The translations under genes and the position numbers were made by a program. From Reclinomonas americana ATCC 50394 (lineage: Eukaryota), in assembly GCA_048213135.1 (NCBI GenBank), contig PS015219.1:84225-148224 (forward strand): a DNA stretch of 64,000 bases. The letters are read 5' to 3'. The notes beneath the pieces were generated by a model. The model saw only the letters and a list, made by a program, of their open reading frames with translations, had not been told where the DNA came from and made no database searches. Positions 38,401 to 51,446 of this stretch are shown here, one piece after another (position 1 is the first letter of the stretch; every line of letters begins with the position of its first letter).

Positions 38401-40674
38401 TGAACATCCACACGTAGCCTGAAGACACGGAGAGGGGCTGAGATAGGGATCAAGTAACGTGCAACCAACAGGGGAAAGGACGCACCCGTCATGCAATCAC
38501 GAGCCAATCCACGCAGTGTGCCGAATCGTGCACGCTGCTGGAACTCCTCGTCGTAAACCATGCGCCGACGCAAGTTGGAATCCAGTCGCTCGCCAGTGCG
38601 ATAGAAAATACTGGCCAGTTGCGGTGGGTTGGAGTACAAGCGCAGGCGATTCTGCAGAGCAGCTTGTTAGTGCACACGTCGTGGAGAGACAAGCACCGCC
38701 AGCCACTCACCTCGTGCAAAATGAAGACCAGATACTCGGAGAGCGCAATCGACAGGGGAATCTGTGACGGTGCTCCGCTGGAGTCTTCGTTCACCGGGAA
38801 CGGCATGAGGCCAAAGTCGGTGAGCACCGAGTCGCCGACTTGCTGCGAGGAAAACTGCACGCGACCCTGATAGATGCCGACCTCTGCCAAACGAACGCTG
38901 TCAGGGCGGAGGGCAAAGTGCGATAATGATGCACAGCAAAGACGCACCAGTGAGCCAGGCAAAAGTCTTTGGCACCAGCACGTCCTTGTTGCGCTTCGTG
39001 TACAACTCGGAAAACACGTGCAGCTCGCTCGAGGGGATGTTGCCTGAGCGTCTCGTGTAAGGGAGAGAGATAGAGAGGGAAGAAAACGGTAGCCAATGCT
39101 TGTACCAGGCAACTCCAGGAAGCTGGGCGACGACCGGTAGTTGTCAAACACATTCTCGAACGTGTTCAACCCGACAAACTGGTACAGTCGGCTCGGGGTG
39201 GCCGCCAGCACAAACCACTTTTCCGTATCAGCGTCTGCAATGCAACACACCAATGATGAGCACGTACATACACACAGTGATTGTGTGAGGGAGACGAGCA
39301 GTGCTGTACCTGTGTTGGGGAAGCGTGAAATGTCCATGCCGGTGACTGGTGTTCGATCGGTGCTGCCGTCCGCAAGGCTGTACAGCATCTTGACGCGCGT
39401 CACACCGTCTCGTGCGTCGATGCGAGCTTCGTAAATCTGCAGTGGACACGGTGAGAATGCCGGTATTTCCCATCATGGGGTCGAGACGAGGATGGCGCAC
39501 CTGTCCCTCATTGGTGCCAAAGAGGAAGTTGCCAGTGTTGGTGGCGGTGCCATCTTCGCGGTTCCACGCCACACTGCGGATAATCAGCAGCTGCGCAGAG
39601 AATATCTCGCCGTGAGCTATGCGGTGTTCAATACCGACACACTTCACGCACAAACAAACCTCCTTCTTCTCGATACGACGGATCTTGTTCGGCTGCGACA
39701 AGTGCACGTAGTACGACTCCTCGCTCATGAACGACGCAATCATGTGCTGGCCCGTGGGATCCAGGTACACAAAGGCCACCGGTTCCGCTTTCTTCAGCGA
39801 TATTTCTGCACCCACACATACACGGTGTCACCTCATTGCCTCTCAGCGCACATCACGCAGTCAGAAACACAAACCTGTGGCCTCGTTGCTGGGAATCTTG
39901 TAGTGGATGAGGAAGCCGTCGCGCGTGCCAATCAGCAGCACTGATGCGCCACAGTGAGCAGACGATAGAGGGGGAGAGCAGCAGAGTAATGCAATCACAA
40001 AACTGTCAGACGAAGCCACCATGGACTCGATGAAACGATGCCGATCAAGCGCATCAATGTCGTACTTGTGGCACGAGACCTGCGGCCGATCACTGGAGCT
40101 GCGTGTCGTTGCTGCAGAGGCAAGAAAAAACACACACGGTCAGAACCGGGCCAGCTCAACTTGCTTTCCATCGACCGTCCCACGCAACTCGTCACCGGCA
40201 CATCGTCGTCCGAGTCGTCCTCGGGGATCGGGATCTGGAACCGCTGCACCGTCGCACCACGCACAGTGAGTCACGGCGACGAGCAACGAGTATGCACGGG
40301 AGAGGAAACACGAACCGAATCATCCGTCAACAAGTCGCCATACAGACCACCTCTCGTGCCACCCACCGGACCCACACTAGCCGCGGCACTCGCCACCGAC
40401 GCCGGTGGTGCCGCCGCCGACGCACCCCCAGAGCTCGCACCCACACGTGGAGCTACAGCAACAACACACAGACACATACACACACAAAGCATTTCAGATC
40501 CTCTCTCTGAACACAGAGAAATGCGTGTCACTCACCAATCGCACTCGGACCTGCTGCAGCCGCCGCCGGAACTGTCGAACCCAACTGAGCACTCGGCGGC
40601 CGCCGCGCACTCACCACCGGCAGTGTCTTGGCCGCCCCATTGCTCTCCTCCAACAGATCCAACAGCGACGACAT
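35421..40674 (-). CDS. VPS18: Vps18/Pep3 (HOPS/CORVET core subunit)
   Basis: YLDPTGQHMI, SVAWN, LAATPSRLYQF, PFEEITLKF, TWLTELYL, LKIEDILPFFPDF and a C-terminal RING-like FYLFPCGH..ECIFCG. Confidence 0.95.
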
Positions 40675-40974
40675 TCCTCTTCTCTCGCAATCTGCAGAGA
40701 CCAAGAGCTACACAAACACACACACACGTGCAGGGATGGTGAGCAACCACAACGGGGAGAAGAAGAAGAAGAGGAAGAGGAAAGAGACGACATGAGCGCG
40801 CAATGACGCGCGCACACACACACACTCGCATGCACACAGGCGCAGAGAGCAACAACAGTACGTGCGGAGGGGAGAGACATGCAGCGACTAACCTGCGCGC
40901 TGCACACGGGACTGAGCGAGGAAGACAGTGCACTCGCGCGCGGAATTTCATTCACTCTCTCCTCTACCACTCTG

Positions 40975-43450
40975 ATGGGGAAGAAGCCGCCTGCTTCCCC
41001 TCCCGCCTCCCTCGTCGACGGAACAACTCTGGCACCCTTGCTATGGTTCACTGCCTCACTGTATGCCTACCTCAGCACACTGCATCGCGGGGTTCCACCT
41101 GGTGACAGCGGCGAGCTGATTGTCACTGGTATGCACAAAGTCGCCTTCTGCTCCTCTCCCTCACTCCCGCCGCCCGACTGACTCCGCCACAGCACAGCAC
41201 CTGGGCGTGGCGCACCCTCCCGGGTATCCAACGCTAACCATGCTCTTTCATGTGGCGATTGCAGTCGGGCAGTGGGTGGCGCCCGGCAGTGGCATTGCGT
41301 GGCGAGTGAACGTGCTGAACGCGGTGATTGCGGCGGCGAGCAACGCCTGCCTGCATGTGCTGCTGCGTCGCGTCACACGCAGCGTGTGGGTGGCCGTGCT
41401 GGTCACTGGTCTCTTTGCGTGGAGGTGAGTGGAGTTGTCTCTCCGCTTCTCGCTTTTTTGTCGATGTCTGATCGTTGCACGCAGCCCCTTGACGTGGCAG
41501 TATGCTGTGGCTGCCGAAGTGTTTGCGCTGAACAACTTGCTGGTGATCGCTCTGCTGTGGTCGCTGGTCGTGTTTCTGGATCAGCTGGTGCCGTCGTCGG
41601 CGGTGCGCGTGGCGCGTTGGAGTGCCGTGCTGTGCGGCTTTGCCATGACCAATCAGCACACGATTGTGCTGTTTGAGGTGCCGGTGGTGCTGTTTGTGTT
41701 GTGGTGTCTGCGGGACGACATTCGTCGTCGCCCGTCGCTGCTGTTGCAGTTTGTTGGCTGCGTTGCGCTCGGACTGCTTCCGTACGCCTACATGCCGCTC
41801 ACGTCGATCTTGCACGCTGCGCGGTACACGTGGGGTACGTGCCTTTTCTCTCGTCGCCGCGCCTTTCCCCACTCACGCGGCGTCGGCACAGGGGAGACGG
41901 GCACGCTGCAGGGATTCCTGGCGCACTTTCTGCGACGCGATTATGGCACGTTTGCGCTGTCGAGTATTCCCGGGCAGGCCACTGGCAACCTGCTGGACGG
42001 CCTCGTCAAGTTTGCGCTGCACTTTCAGTCGGTGACCTACTGGTGTGGACTGCCACTGGTCGCCGTCGGCGTGTATGCCATGTGGAAGGCACCGGCGCTC
42101 TCCCTGCTGCGCTCGCTTCGCCTGCCGCTCTTGTCGTCGGTCACGCTGTACCTGGTCTTCTTCCACTGGCGAGCCAACCTGAATCTGTCTGCTGGCCTCT
42201 ACTACGGTGTCGCCATGCGCTTCTGGATGCAACCGACGGCGGCACTGTTGCTGGTGGCCGCCATCGGTTTGCACTGGTTGTGGAACAGATTACAACAGCA
42301 GCCTCGTCCCGCCGTGGCACTCCTCCTTGCCGTGGTGCTGGTCGCGATCATGGCGGCACGCATGTGGCCGCTCGTCGACGAGTCAACCAACGACCTTAAT
42401 GCACGCTACGCTCGGCGCGTACTCGAACCTCTACCGGTCAACGCGATTTTGCTGACCAAGGGCGACAACGTAGTCAATGTGCTGCGCTACGCCCAGTCGT
42501 GCGACGGACTGCGACCCGATGTGAGCATAATCGAGCAAGACCTGCTCAAGTATCCGTGGTTTGTGGCGACGCACGGCACGATGCATTTACCGGACGTGGT
42601 GTTCCCCGGAGTGCGATGGTTGTCGCCTCCGAATGGCTTCACGCTGCTCCAATTTCTGGACGCCAATACGCCACGTCGGCAAGTGTACGTCGCTGGCCCG
42701 TTGCGCGTCGACGACACCACTTGGCAGTCGACATATGAACTGCGCTACCAGTTCGATGGCTTTGCTCGGCGATTCGTGCGTCGTCGTCGTTGTCATTGTC
42801 TCTCGCGGACATGATCCTCATGCCTTTCTGCAGGAACGGATAGATCAACCGGACGATCCTGCCGCGCTGCTGGAGCGGTACAAGGTGCGGTTGAGATGGA
42901 AGATGAGAGAAGGAGAAGTGATTGTTCACCATGGTCGCTTCACAGAGCACACCAGCGCCCATCGACACTCTGGAATTCATGTCACCGCAGCGCTACGGCG
43001 ACGAGACCTGGGAGGCCAAGATGCACGAAGAGCTGTGCATCGAGCATGTGGACGGCCTGGCCACGCGACTCATCAAGGTGAGTGGGCGCAGAGCGAGAGA
43101 AAGAACGGGCAATGTTTGAATCACACGCTGGCCGACAGGTCGGCATGCAACAACCACTCGATTCACCGTTCCGTCGCGATCTGCTGGTGGCCGCCATCGA
43201 GCGCCTCCAGCGCGACCTGGACGAGCACCGCGTTCCCTACGTGCTCTCGGCGGTACCGTACAAGAACCTCGGCTTGGCGCACAACGAGCTCATTCGCCAC
43301 CCGCTCGAGTCCGCCAATGCCCTGCAGCACCAACAACAGGCCATTGCTGCGTGGACTCGTTACCTCGAGTTCTCCGTCAAGTCGGACGAGCAGGATCGAG
43401 CTCGGATCCGTGCCGCGCTCGACAGGTGGGCCGCCCTTCGACCATCATGA
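40975..43450 (+). CDS. TMEM260: TMEM260/DUF2723 family GT-C membrane glycosyltransferase
   Basis: GDSGELIVTA..LGVAHPPGYP, WQYAVAAEVFALN, TNQHT, FLAHFLRRDYGTF and RFWMQP. Confidence 0.92.
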
Positions 43451-43537
43451 ATCGTACTCGATGAAGTTAATGCATGTGCATCCATGGTCCTGTCCATCGG
43501 TTTATTCTGTTGTCCATCATCATCATCACTATCGCCA

Positions 43538-44499
43538 ATGGAGTCTGAGTTGGTCGCCCATCTGCTTGATCCGTGGCTCCTCTTCCCGTTTGTGGGACTG
43601 GGCCTGGCACTGGCCATTTCCCGTCGCCACCCCGACTCGGCGCCCCTGTCGCGCACCGATACGTGGATCGCCAACTGGGCGCTCATCAACGGCATCATCA
43701 TTCACGGCTTCCTCGATGGGTGAGTGCGTGCGTGCGTGCGTGCGTGTGTGTGTGTGTGTGTGTTTGCTGACATTTGTTCCGACTTTGGCACGCGCGCGCA
43801 TGCAGTGTCATTGGTCTGCTTGGCCAGATTCCCCTGCTGGCGCGTGAGTATGAGCGCCTTGACAAGCGCTACTCGTCTGGCGAGCCGAATGTTGCGTGTT
43901 GTGTGTGTGCAATTTGTTTTTCCCATGCATTTTCTGTCTGATACATGCAACCAGGTGATGCACATTTCTGCGCTGGAGCTGCTGGTGTACATGCCACTGT
44001 GCGTGTGGTGGTATCGTGCGATCATGAAGCAGCAGCCGATTCGTCACGCGCTCAACTTGGTGGTGTCGAGCATTCAGATTTACGGTGCTGCATGCATCGT
44101 ATCGTTTATTGAGTGGTGGGTTTTATCTCACTCATGCACGCATTCTCCATGGATGCAGGCACCGTCATCTTTGCCGGTGTGGAGACATATCGCGGCTTCC
44201 CCAACATCCCGTGGGACCCGGAGAACCCCTTCTCCGGCTCCACCCTCTTCTACTTCTGGCTGTTCTTTGTGGTGGCCAACCCGATCTGGTGAGCTCATGC
44301 TGTGCCGTGTGCTGCGTGCTGCATGCACACACGCATGACTGACTCGCCGTTGTGCAGGATCATTGTGCCGTTCCTGTGCATCCTGGACGCCTGGAAGGGC
44401 ATCCATGTGCTGGGCGCCGCCGCCGCCAGCTCCATCAAGACCAAGACCAGCAACGGTGGTGCCGTCGCCGGCAAGGTCGAGGCCAAGAAGGATAAGTGA
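43538..44499 (+). CDS. EBP/EBPL (EXPERA) sterol isomerase-like membrane protein
   Basis: WALINGIIIHGFLDG, EYERLDKRY, SSIQIYGTVIF and FYFWLFFVVANPIWIIVP. Confidence 0.85.
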
Positions 44500-44551
44500 G
44501 GTCGCATGGTCACCCCACAGTCGACTTCTGCGCATCGTACCCGCAATTGAG

Positions 44552-47504
44552 TCACAAGAGTAGGCGAATGAACAAGACGCGACGCTCGCACACCGGCAAG
44601 ATGACCACGCGCGGTGCAACGTCCTCCAGCAGCACAAACATGGCCTGCGCGCACTGCATCCACAAGTCGTCTGCGTCGGCTTCGAGTGCCGCAACGAGGG
44701 AAGCCGCCACGAGCATCAAGCGTCGGTGGAGCAGGCGACTGCCGTGCGCGAGTCGATTGATGTGCGGCGCCGTCACCAACACGCTACGCCATATGTGTGC
44801 AATGATCCGCCGACACAACTCGCGCTCTGTGTGCACGCGTGCGTAAGTATCGGAGGCTTTCCAACAGCGTGTCTCCGACACACCTCGACCCGATTGCAGC
44901 AAGTCGATCTCCAGCCACGACAAACTGTGCGGCACGACCGCGACAGAGCGCAGTCGCTCACCCAGCTGCCCAAGCTCGACAACTGTACAGTCTGCGACAA
45001 GGGCATCCAGCTGCTCCAGGAGACTGGCTGGAAGAATGCCGATCTGCAATGGTTCATGAGCTCGGGTCGCAACATGCGAAGTCATGTGACTCACCAGCAG
45101 CGGCCTGATGCTTGGCGCATCGGTGCCGGTCTTCACGGAGCACAACGCAACAGCCACATCTCCTACGCTCATCCGCGACTGTTTTGTGCCACCGGAATGG
45201 GCCACCAGTAGTTTCCACAGCGCACTGCGTGGCACACAATGAGAAATCAAGGGAAGCAGAATTACTCGCTGATGCCAGCTCGCACCGCAACGCCGATGCC
45301 GTGCGCTGTTTCTCCTCTGCCTCACGACGGGCTTCTGCTTGCCGTCGATTTCGGTGGTACTCCTCCAACAGCCACCCCGCCGAGCCTGGACACGACGAGT
45401 GGCGTCAGGCATGTGCATGTACTTCGGAAAATAATATCGTTATCGAACCGTTCTTCTCTTTCGTCGACTCGAGTTGCTGCTCCACTTCGCGATCGGCGGT
45501 GCGGCACAGCATGGCCAGTCGATTCAGTCGGTGAAACCACTGGATCGCAGACGGCAATGAGAGGCAGAGAAGTGAAGCATTTCAGTGACTGGCACGCACA
45601 GATCGATGGCGAGCATGGTGACGGATCGTACGGCGGAGGCGAGAGACGTGACTCCACACCATCAACAACGATGATGATGGTGGTAGATCGTGATGCGGAA
45701 CCACGTTCATCGACACGGGTTCTGACCTGCTCGTGCGATCAGTGACATGCCATATCCACAGAGAAGAAGAGTGGCGGCTTTGCTCACCACCACGAGTCGA
45801 GGGAATGACGGAAGCGATTCGTCAGTGCGGCCCTCCACTGACCGACAACTGAGACATCCATGCGAATTGTTGTCGTCGAGCTGCATCGAGCGAAGAGCCG
45901 TTCCACCACACACAGATCGTGCTCTCCGACAGTAGTGACAGCAGCAGCGGTCGCCGGCCGTCGCGCATATTCCTGCCCACTGTCCACCACCGATGTGGCA
46001 CGCCACATGCACTCGAGTGCCTGCGTGAACCACGCAGTTGACGAGCGACCTCGTCGAACACTGCATGTCGAAGGCCAAGTCAGTGGGAGACGGGAGCATC
46101 CATCACCAGTCAACAGCAATGACGCACTTGGCAAACTGCACGAGATTGGCAAGTGCCGCGTCCACTGCCGTCTGCAAATGTCGTTGAAAACAATCAAAGC
46201 CACCTGCATGCCACCACATGAACACAATGAAGAAAAGCGAACATCTGCAGTACAGCGCACCAATCTCTTCCAGAGCAATGTAGAGCACGGCCAGTGGAGC
46301 GCAGACATGATGTTGCAAGTCGACCACAGAGATGCGTTGCAGACGCAGCAAGTGGCTGAATTTATGCGGATGAGTGCGCATCGTGGCTGAAGACGAGTGG
46401 ACACAATTGCATACCTGAGAAAGTCTCGCCCCGTCGCATCGTCAGCTGCATGACGCTCGGCATACTTGGTCGCCCATGGTCGCAACAACGCCAGAGATTC
46501 GACTGCCTCTGTCACGGCATGCGCGCTGGTGTCGACTGCCAGTGACTCGAGACATGCCAGCAGATTTGAAGACCATCCACTGGTTTCATCGACAGAAGCC
46601 GGCACCTCAAACATCTGCGCTTTCGATGCCGTGGCCCGTCGACCCACCACCGTGACTCCGGCGGCTAGACCAGCTTGCAGGCGCTCTGCATCCTTCCATC
46701 CACCCTCGTGCAGCGCCTCCACCACCGCCGACAATGGCACCGCCTGCGGACAAAGGGCATGCACCTCCTGACGGTTTGCCGATCAGAACGCATCATCGTC
46801 AGCGGAAGAGAGAGAGACAGAACGCAACTCGAAAGCACTGCAACTGCTCCTGCGTCTCATCCACTCGTAACAAGAATTGGGTCGGCGCTTGCGGCTGGCG
46901 ACGCACCACGCCGGCTTTGCCACTACCCGCCAGACCCAGCGACCGACGCTGCAAAACAAAGTGAGTTGCAAGCTCAACACTGGCAAGCCCTGCAGCGTAC
47001 CATCGCCAGCGATGGTGCCGCAGCTCGCAGCTGAGCCTCGGTCTCGCGAATCATACCCTCGACATCGCCCAGCGACACACCAGCCAGCGCACGAGTGCGC
47101 TGCTCACTGCTGGACGGATCAAAGCGCGCAAACGTCTGCTCTCTGTGCAGCCTGCCGGGTCAATCATCGAAGCAACCAACCGTCGAAAGAAGAAGACGCA
47201 ACGATCGCCGACTGGCCTCGCGCACCACTGCAAACAGCACCTCTGGCAACACTTGCAGCCAGCATGCTGTCTCCCACAAGGGCGACGACGATGCCGACAA
47301 GTGCATGAACGGGAAGAACAGGATCATCAGTGCCTCCGATGCCTCCTCTGCCTCCTGTGTGCAAACATGAGAGAGAGACTGAGAGAGTGGGAGAAGGGGA
47401 TAGATGCAACGAACCAGCCATCCGCGACGCATGCGCAGTGCCCGACATGTGGAGCACAACTCCTCTGCCCATGATACCACAGGCACAGGAGCACCATCGC
47501 TCAT
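44552..47504 (-). CDS. Uncharacterised multi-exon protein; 3' end uncertain
   Basis: Successive exons join in frame by GT-AG introns from MSDGAPVPVV down to about 45790. I recognise no family motif. Confidence 0.45.
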
Positions 47505-47619
47505 GTCACACGACGACGAAGAGAAAGGGAGAGGACTTGCCAGGACAACTCATTCCTCGTCGTTCGCATCTTGTGTGCGCGTGGAGAGACTCCTCCTTCT
47601 CTCTCTCCTCTCTTACAAC

Positions 47620-48432
47620 ATGAGCGTGTCATATGAGGAGTTTGATGCGTTTGTGACGCGCTACTGGTCGGCGCTACTGGTCGCCTCCGCAGTGCTCTTT
47701 TTCCTGTGCAGCTGGCTCTTTGGCAAGTTCAAGGCGATGCTCTATCGCTTGCGTTCCACGCGTTGCGTCTCACACACACTCTCTCTCTGTGACTTCTGTG
47801 TGTGCCTCTCTCTCATGCACGCGCACGGACGCAGGCTTTGATCGCAACGACCGCCGTGTCAAGGCCATCTTTGAGCAAAAGCGCGAGCGGCAGCTGGAAG
47901 AGGAGGAGGAGCGAGTGCGAGAGCGCTTGCGGCAGCAGCAGGAGCGACAGGAGGCCATGAGGTTGGCCTCTCTCTTCTCTTTCTCTCTCACGCATTCCCT
48001 TCGGCATTGACGCTCACTTCTTGCCACAGACAACAGGCAGTGGAGCGCGCCATCCCCAACGTCCTGCAGGCGCAACAGCGGCGGAGAAGACTCGGCGGTG
48101 GGGCCACGGAGCGAGTTGCGTAGTGTGCTGATTCTCTGTCTTGCTGGGGGAGTGTGATTGCTGACGCGACACTGTCAACGCAGCCGCCACGTGTCGAGAG
48201 ACGCGACGGCGAGAACGACAGTGAGAGTGGCAGTGGCAGTGAGCGTGACGACTCGCCTCCGCCACGAGCGCCCGCTCCGCCTCCGGTGTCACGGCCGCCG
48301 AACCCCTTCTCCTCGTCGTCCTCCAGCAACAGCCGGGCTTACAACCCGCTGGATGGCGGTGGCGGATTCCGCACGTACAGGCCCACTCGCCGCTACGGCA
48401 ATGGTCGGTGCGGTCCGTCCGGATGAGGTTAA
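47620..48432 (+). CDS. SELENOS: Selenoprotein S-like protein; in-frame TGA (48424-48426) predicted to encode Sec
   Basis: N-terminal TM helix, charged coiled coil, then the tail AYNPLDGGGGFRTYRPTRRYGNGRCGPSG-TGA-GGT-TAA, matching the SelS YNPL..RPxRR..G-U-G-stop pattern. Confidence 0.85.
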
Positions 48433-48484
48433 GCCGGCAGGCGGGAGAATGTTCCCGTCTGCGCCGTGTTGATAGCTTCTGTTT

Positions 48485-48571
48485 GTGTCGATCTGTATTT
48501 TGCGTGTGACGGGTGGAGCTTGAATTGGAAACCACCATCGTGTGGGCCGCTTCCACCCTGATGTGCGACAC
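48485..48571 (+). promoter_or_regulatory. Candidate SECIS element (GUGA variant) in the SelS 3' UTR
   Basis: G-TGAC at 48506-48510 and TGAT at 48559-48562 flank a GGGTGGA/TCCACCC stem. AA occurs 12 nt after the core. An outer GTGTCG/CGACAC pairing is possible. Confidence 0.7.
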
Positions 48572-48610
48572 ATTGAAGACGAGGCTACTATGGAGAGGCC
48601 CCCTATGTTT

Positions 48611-49838
48611 CTATCGTTTACTCCTCACTGGCGGCGGTGCGGTAATGTCGAATGGCTCGTCGTCCGTCTTTGTGATAATATCTAACTCGTCGTTATCGCC
48701 ACCGTCGCCATCGTCGGCTTCGGCATCGGGTGCGGAGCCCATCACCGGCACCTGCTTCTCTCGTAGCATCTGAACAATGGCAGCACGTAAGTCCGCGATA
48801 CCCGCACTTCGCTTGCTGCTGGTGACAATGAGCAGAGGCACAAACAGCCCCGCCTCGCCGTATCTCAACAAGGCCTGCGCAGCGTTGTGGTGTAAGCACA
48901 TCGTCGGCAATCGCCACAAACGAGAAACGCAACTGACTGCATCACGGTGTTGGCGACGGTAGACAGTTGCGCATCGTTGACACAGTCGGCCTTGGTGAGC
49001 ACGACCTGGAACGGTCGAGAGCACGACACGAGGAAGTCCATGAACTCCAAGTCGGCCGGCATGAGATCGCCTCGTCGACTGTCGATGAGAATCAGAATGC
49101 GCTTCAGACTGCACGAGGCGAGAAGAGAAGACGGTGGGTGAGAACACCAAGCACGCACGAGCACACACTCTCCTCTCCTGCATGCAACCTTCTCGACGTG
49201 GTCATGCTGTGGTGAATCAGGTCGTGGAAACGCTCGGTGGCCTGTCGCGGAGCATCGGCGTGCCCGTACCCCGGCAGATCCAACAGCAGCACCTTGCCCG
49301 CCATTTGCGCATTGCGGATGCCGTAGTAGTTCAGCGTTTGCGTGCGACCCTGTGTACGTGCACTGAGTCCAGCACGCAACGCGAACAAGAGAGGCGAGGA
49401 AGCCACCGACCGGCGTCTTGGAGATCTTGACGAGCGCCTTTTGGTTGACCAGCGCATTGATGAGCGACGACTTGCCGACATTGGAGCGGCCGGCAAAGGC
49501 CACCGTGGGTATCTGTCGCTCGTTGAGTCGCTCGGCCTCGTGCACGCTGTACAGCAGATCGAAATCCTGCGAAAACATGACCCTGATCCTCAGTGAGATC
49601 CTCAGCGATCAGCTGGTGTGTATCAAGAAGCAAAAGAACACGCGCACCTCGCCACGCGATGCTGCGCAGCGTTGGGCAGTGGCAAGCGGAAAGGATTGAC
49701 AAATGCATGCTGGCGACCTGTGCAGGAGAAAGATCAGCGACTCATCTCCACTGGCGATGCTCCCTGTGTGTGCTTATCACCAGTGGCAGATGTGGAGAAG
49801 AGGCGATGCACGCAGAGGCCTCGTCGCAGAGCTTGCAT
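48611..49838 (-). CDS. engB: EngB/YihA (GTPBP8-like) ribosome biogenesis GTPase, probably organelle-targeted
   Basis: G1 [28 protein letters not shown]3 DLPGYG and G4 LTKAD. The N-terminus [17 protein letters not shown] is presequence-like. Confidence 0.92.
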
Positions 49839-50000
49839 TGTGTATGTCCCTTTGTCGGATCAACAGATCACCGACCTTCCACTCCGCTGCTTGCATGTCG
49901 AGCCACGACAGTTGCGCTCTGCTTAGTGTGTCTCCCACACTCTGTACACACACCTCTCACTCACTCACCGTGTGCAGACTCGGCTGCACCGGCGATCGCC

Positions 50001-51385
50001 ATGCGACAGTTCATCGCAGGCGCCAGTGCAGGTGTGTGCTTGCTTGGTCTCTCCGCTCTCCCTCTCTCTCCCTCTTCCCTCTGTCTCACACATGCACGCA
50101 GGCTTTGTGGCGGACCTCACCTCATTCCCTTTCGACACCATCCGAGCACGCATGATGACTCAAAAGGTGTGCCTGCTCTCTCTTTCCACTCTGCTCGCTT
50201 TCATCACTGTTGATAATGATCCGCGATCATCGACGTAGGCCGGCAGCGGCGAGTACTACAAGGGCGTGGGCGATGCAGTGCGCACCATTATCCGCACCGA
50301 GGGTGTGACGGCGTTCTGGCGAGGTGCAAGCACTGGTACGTATGCAAGCATTTGCGTCTTCCGAGACGCCTCCCCCATTGTGCGATGGTTACCACCGTGC
50401 TTGTTTGCTCTTGCTGTGCAGTGGCCGCCGCCACCGGTCCTGCGCATGCATTGTACTTTGGAGGCTACGAGACCAGCAAGAGGCTGCTGTCGTACGACGG
50501 TTCCGGACGACAGGAGCGGCCTCTGGCGCACTTTGTGTCGGGATGGGCGGCGAACCTGTCGGGAGCCATTGTGTGGACTCCCATGGTGACTGTGGATGTC
50601 GTCGTTGTTGTCTGCTTTCGTGGACGACAAAGCTGACTTTTGTGCGTCAAAAAAACCAGGATGTGGTAAAGCAGCGCATTCAGGCCAAGGTCGGCGCCAA
50701 CACGGTGGTGGCCACAGCAAAGGACATTATGCGTCAGCAGGGCATCCGCGGATTCTTCAAGGTGCAGCAGAGTGGCATTCTGCGACGCCTTTGTGTGTGT
50801 GCTTGCTTGCTAATCGATGATGGTTGCAGGGCTTCCTAATCGGCCAGGCAACGTGGGGACCATTCACTGGCCTCTACTTTTTGGTACGCACACACTCGTC
50901 TCCACCTCCACACATGCACGTGAATAGTAACCGTGCGCGTGTGTGTGCACGTGCCGCAGGGCTATGAATCACTAAAGACACTGATTGGCCGCGTCCTCGA
51001 CCGCGACCGCAATCACATCCCGCTGCCGGCCGCGCTCATGGCGGGTGTGGTGGCGGGTGCGGCGGCCGCGAGTATTACCACGCCTCTGGATTTTGTCAAG
51101 ACACGATACCAGGTGTTCCGCGACAGCGGGAACAGTGCGCGTGCCGTGTACCGAGCCATTGTGTCCTCCAGCGAGGGTGGCCTGCGTCAGTTTTTCCGTG
51201 GCACTACCGCGCGCATGATGTGGATCGGACCCAATTGTGGAATCACCATCGCAGCTTGTTGCGTCCTTCGCTGCGTGTGTTTGTGATCCCAGTGACAACA
51301 CTCACCCTTTCTTTCGCACGCCACAGATGAGGCCTTCAAACGCCTGTACCACGCAGCTGCAGAACCGACCGTAGAGAAGGACTAA
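50001..51385 (+). CDS. Mitochondrial carrier (SLC25), mitoferrin-like
   Basis: Three signature motifs PFDTIRAR, PMDVVKQR and PLDFVKTR, plus GPAHALYFGGYE. Confidence 0.9.
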
Positions 51386-51446
51386 TCACGTAATAAATCG
51401 CCTGCCCCCAATAGTGTGCACGCCTCTGCTTGCTTGATTGATTACG

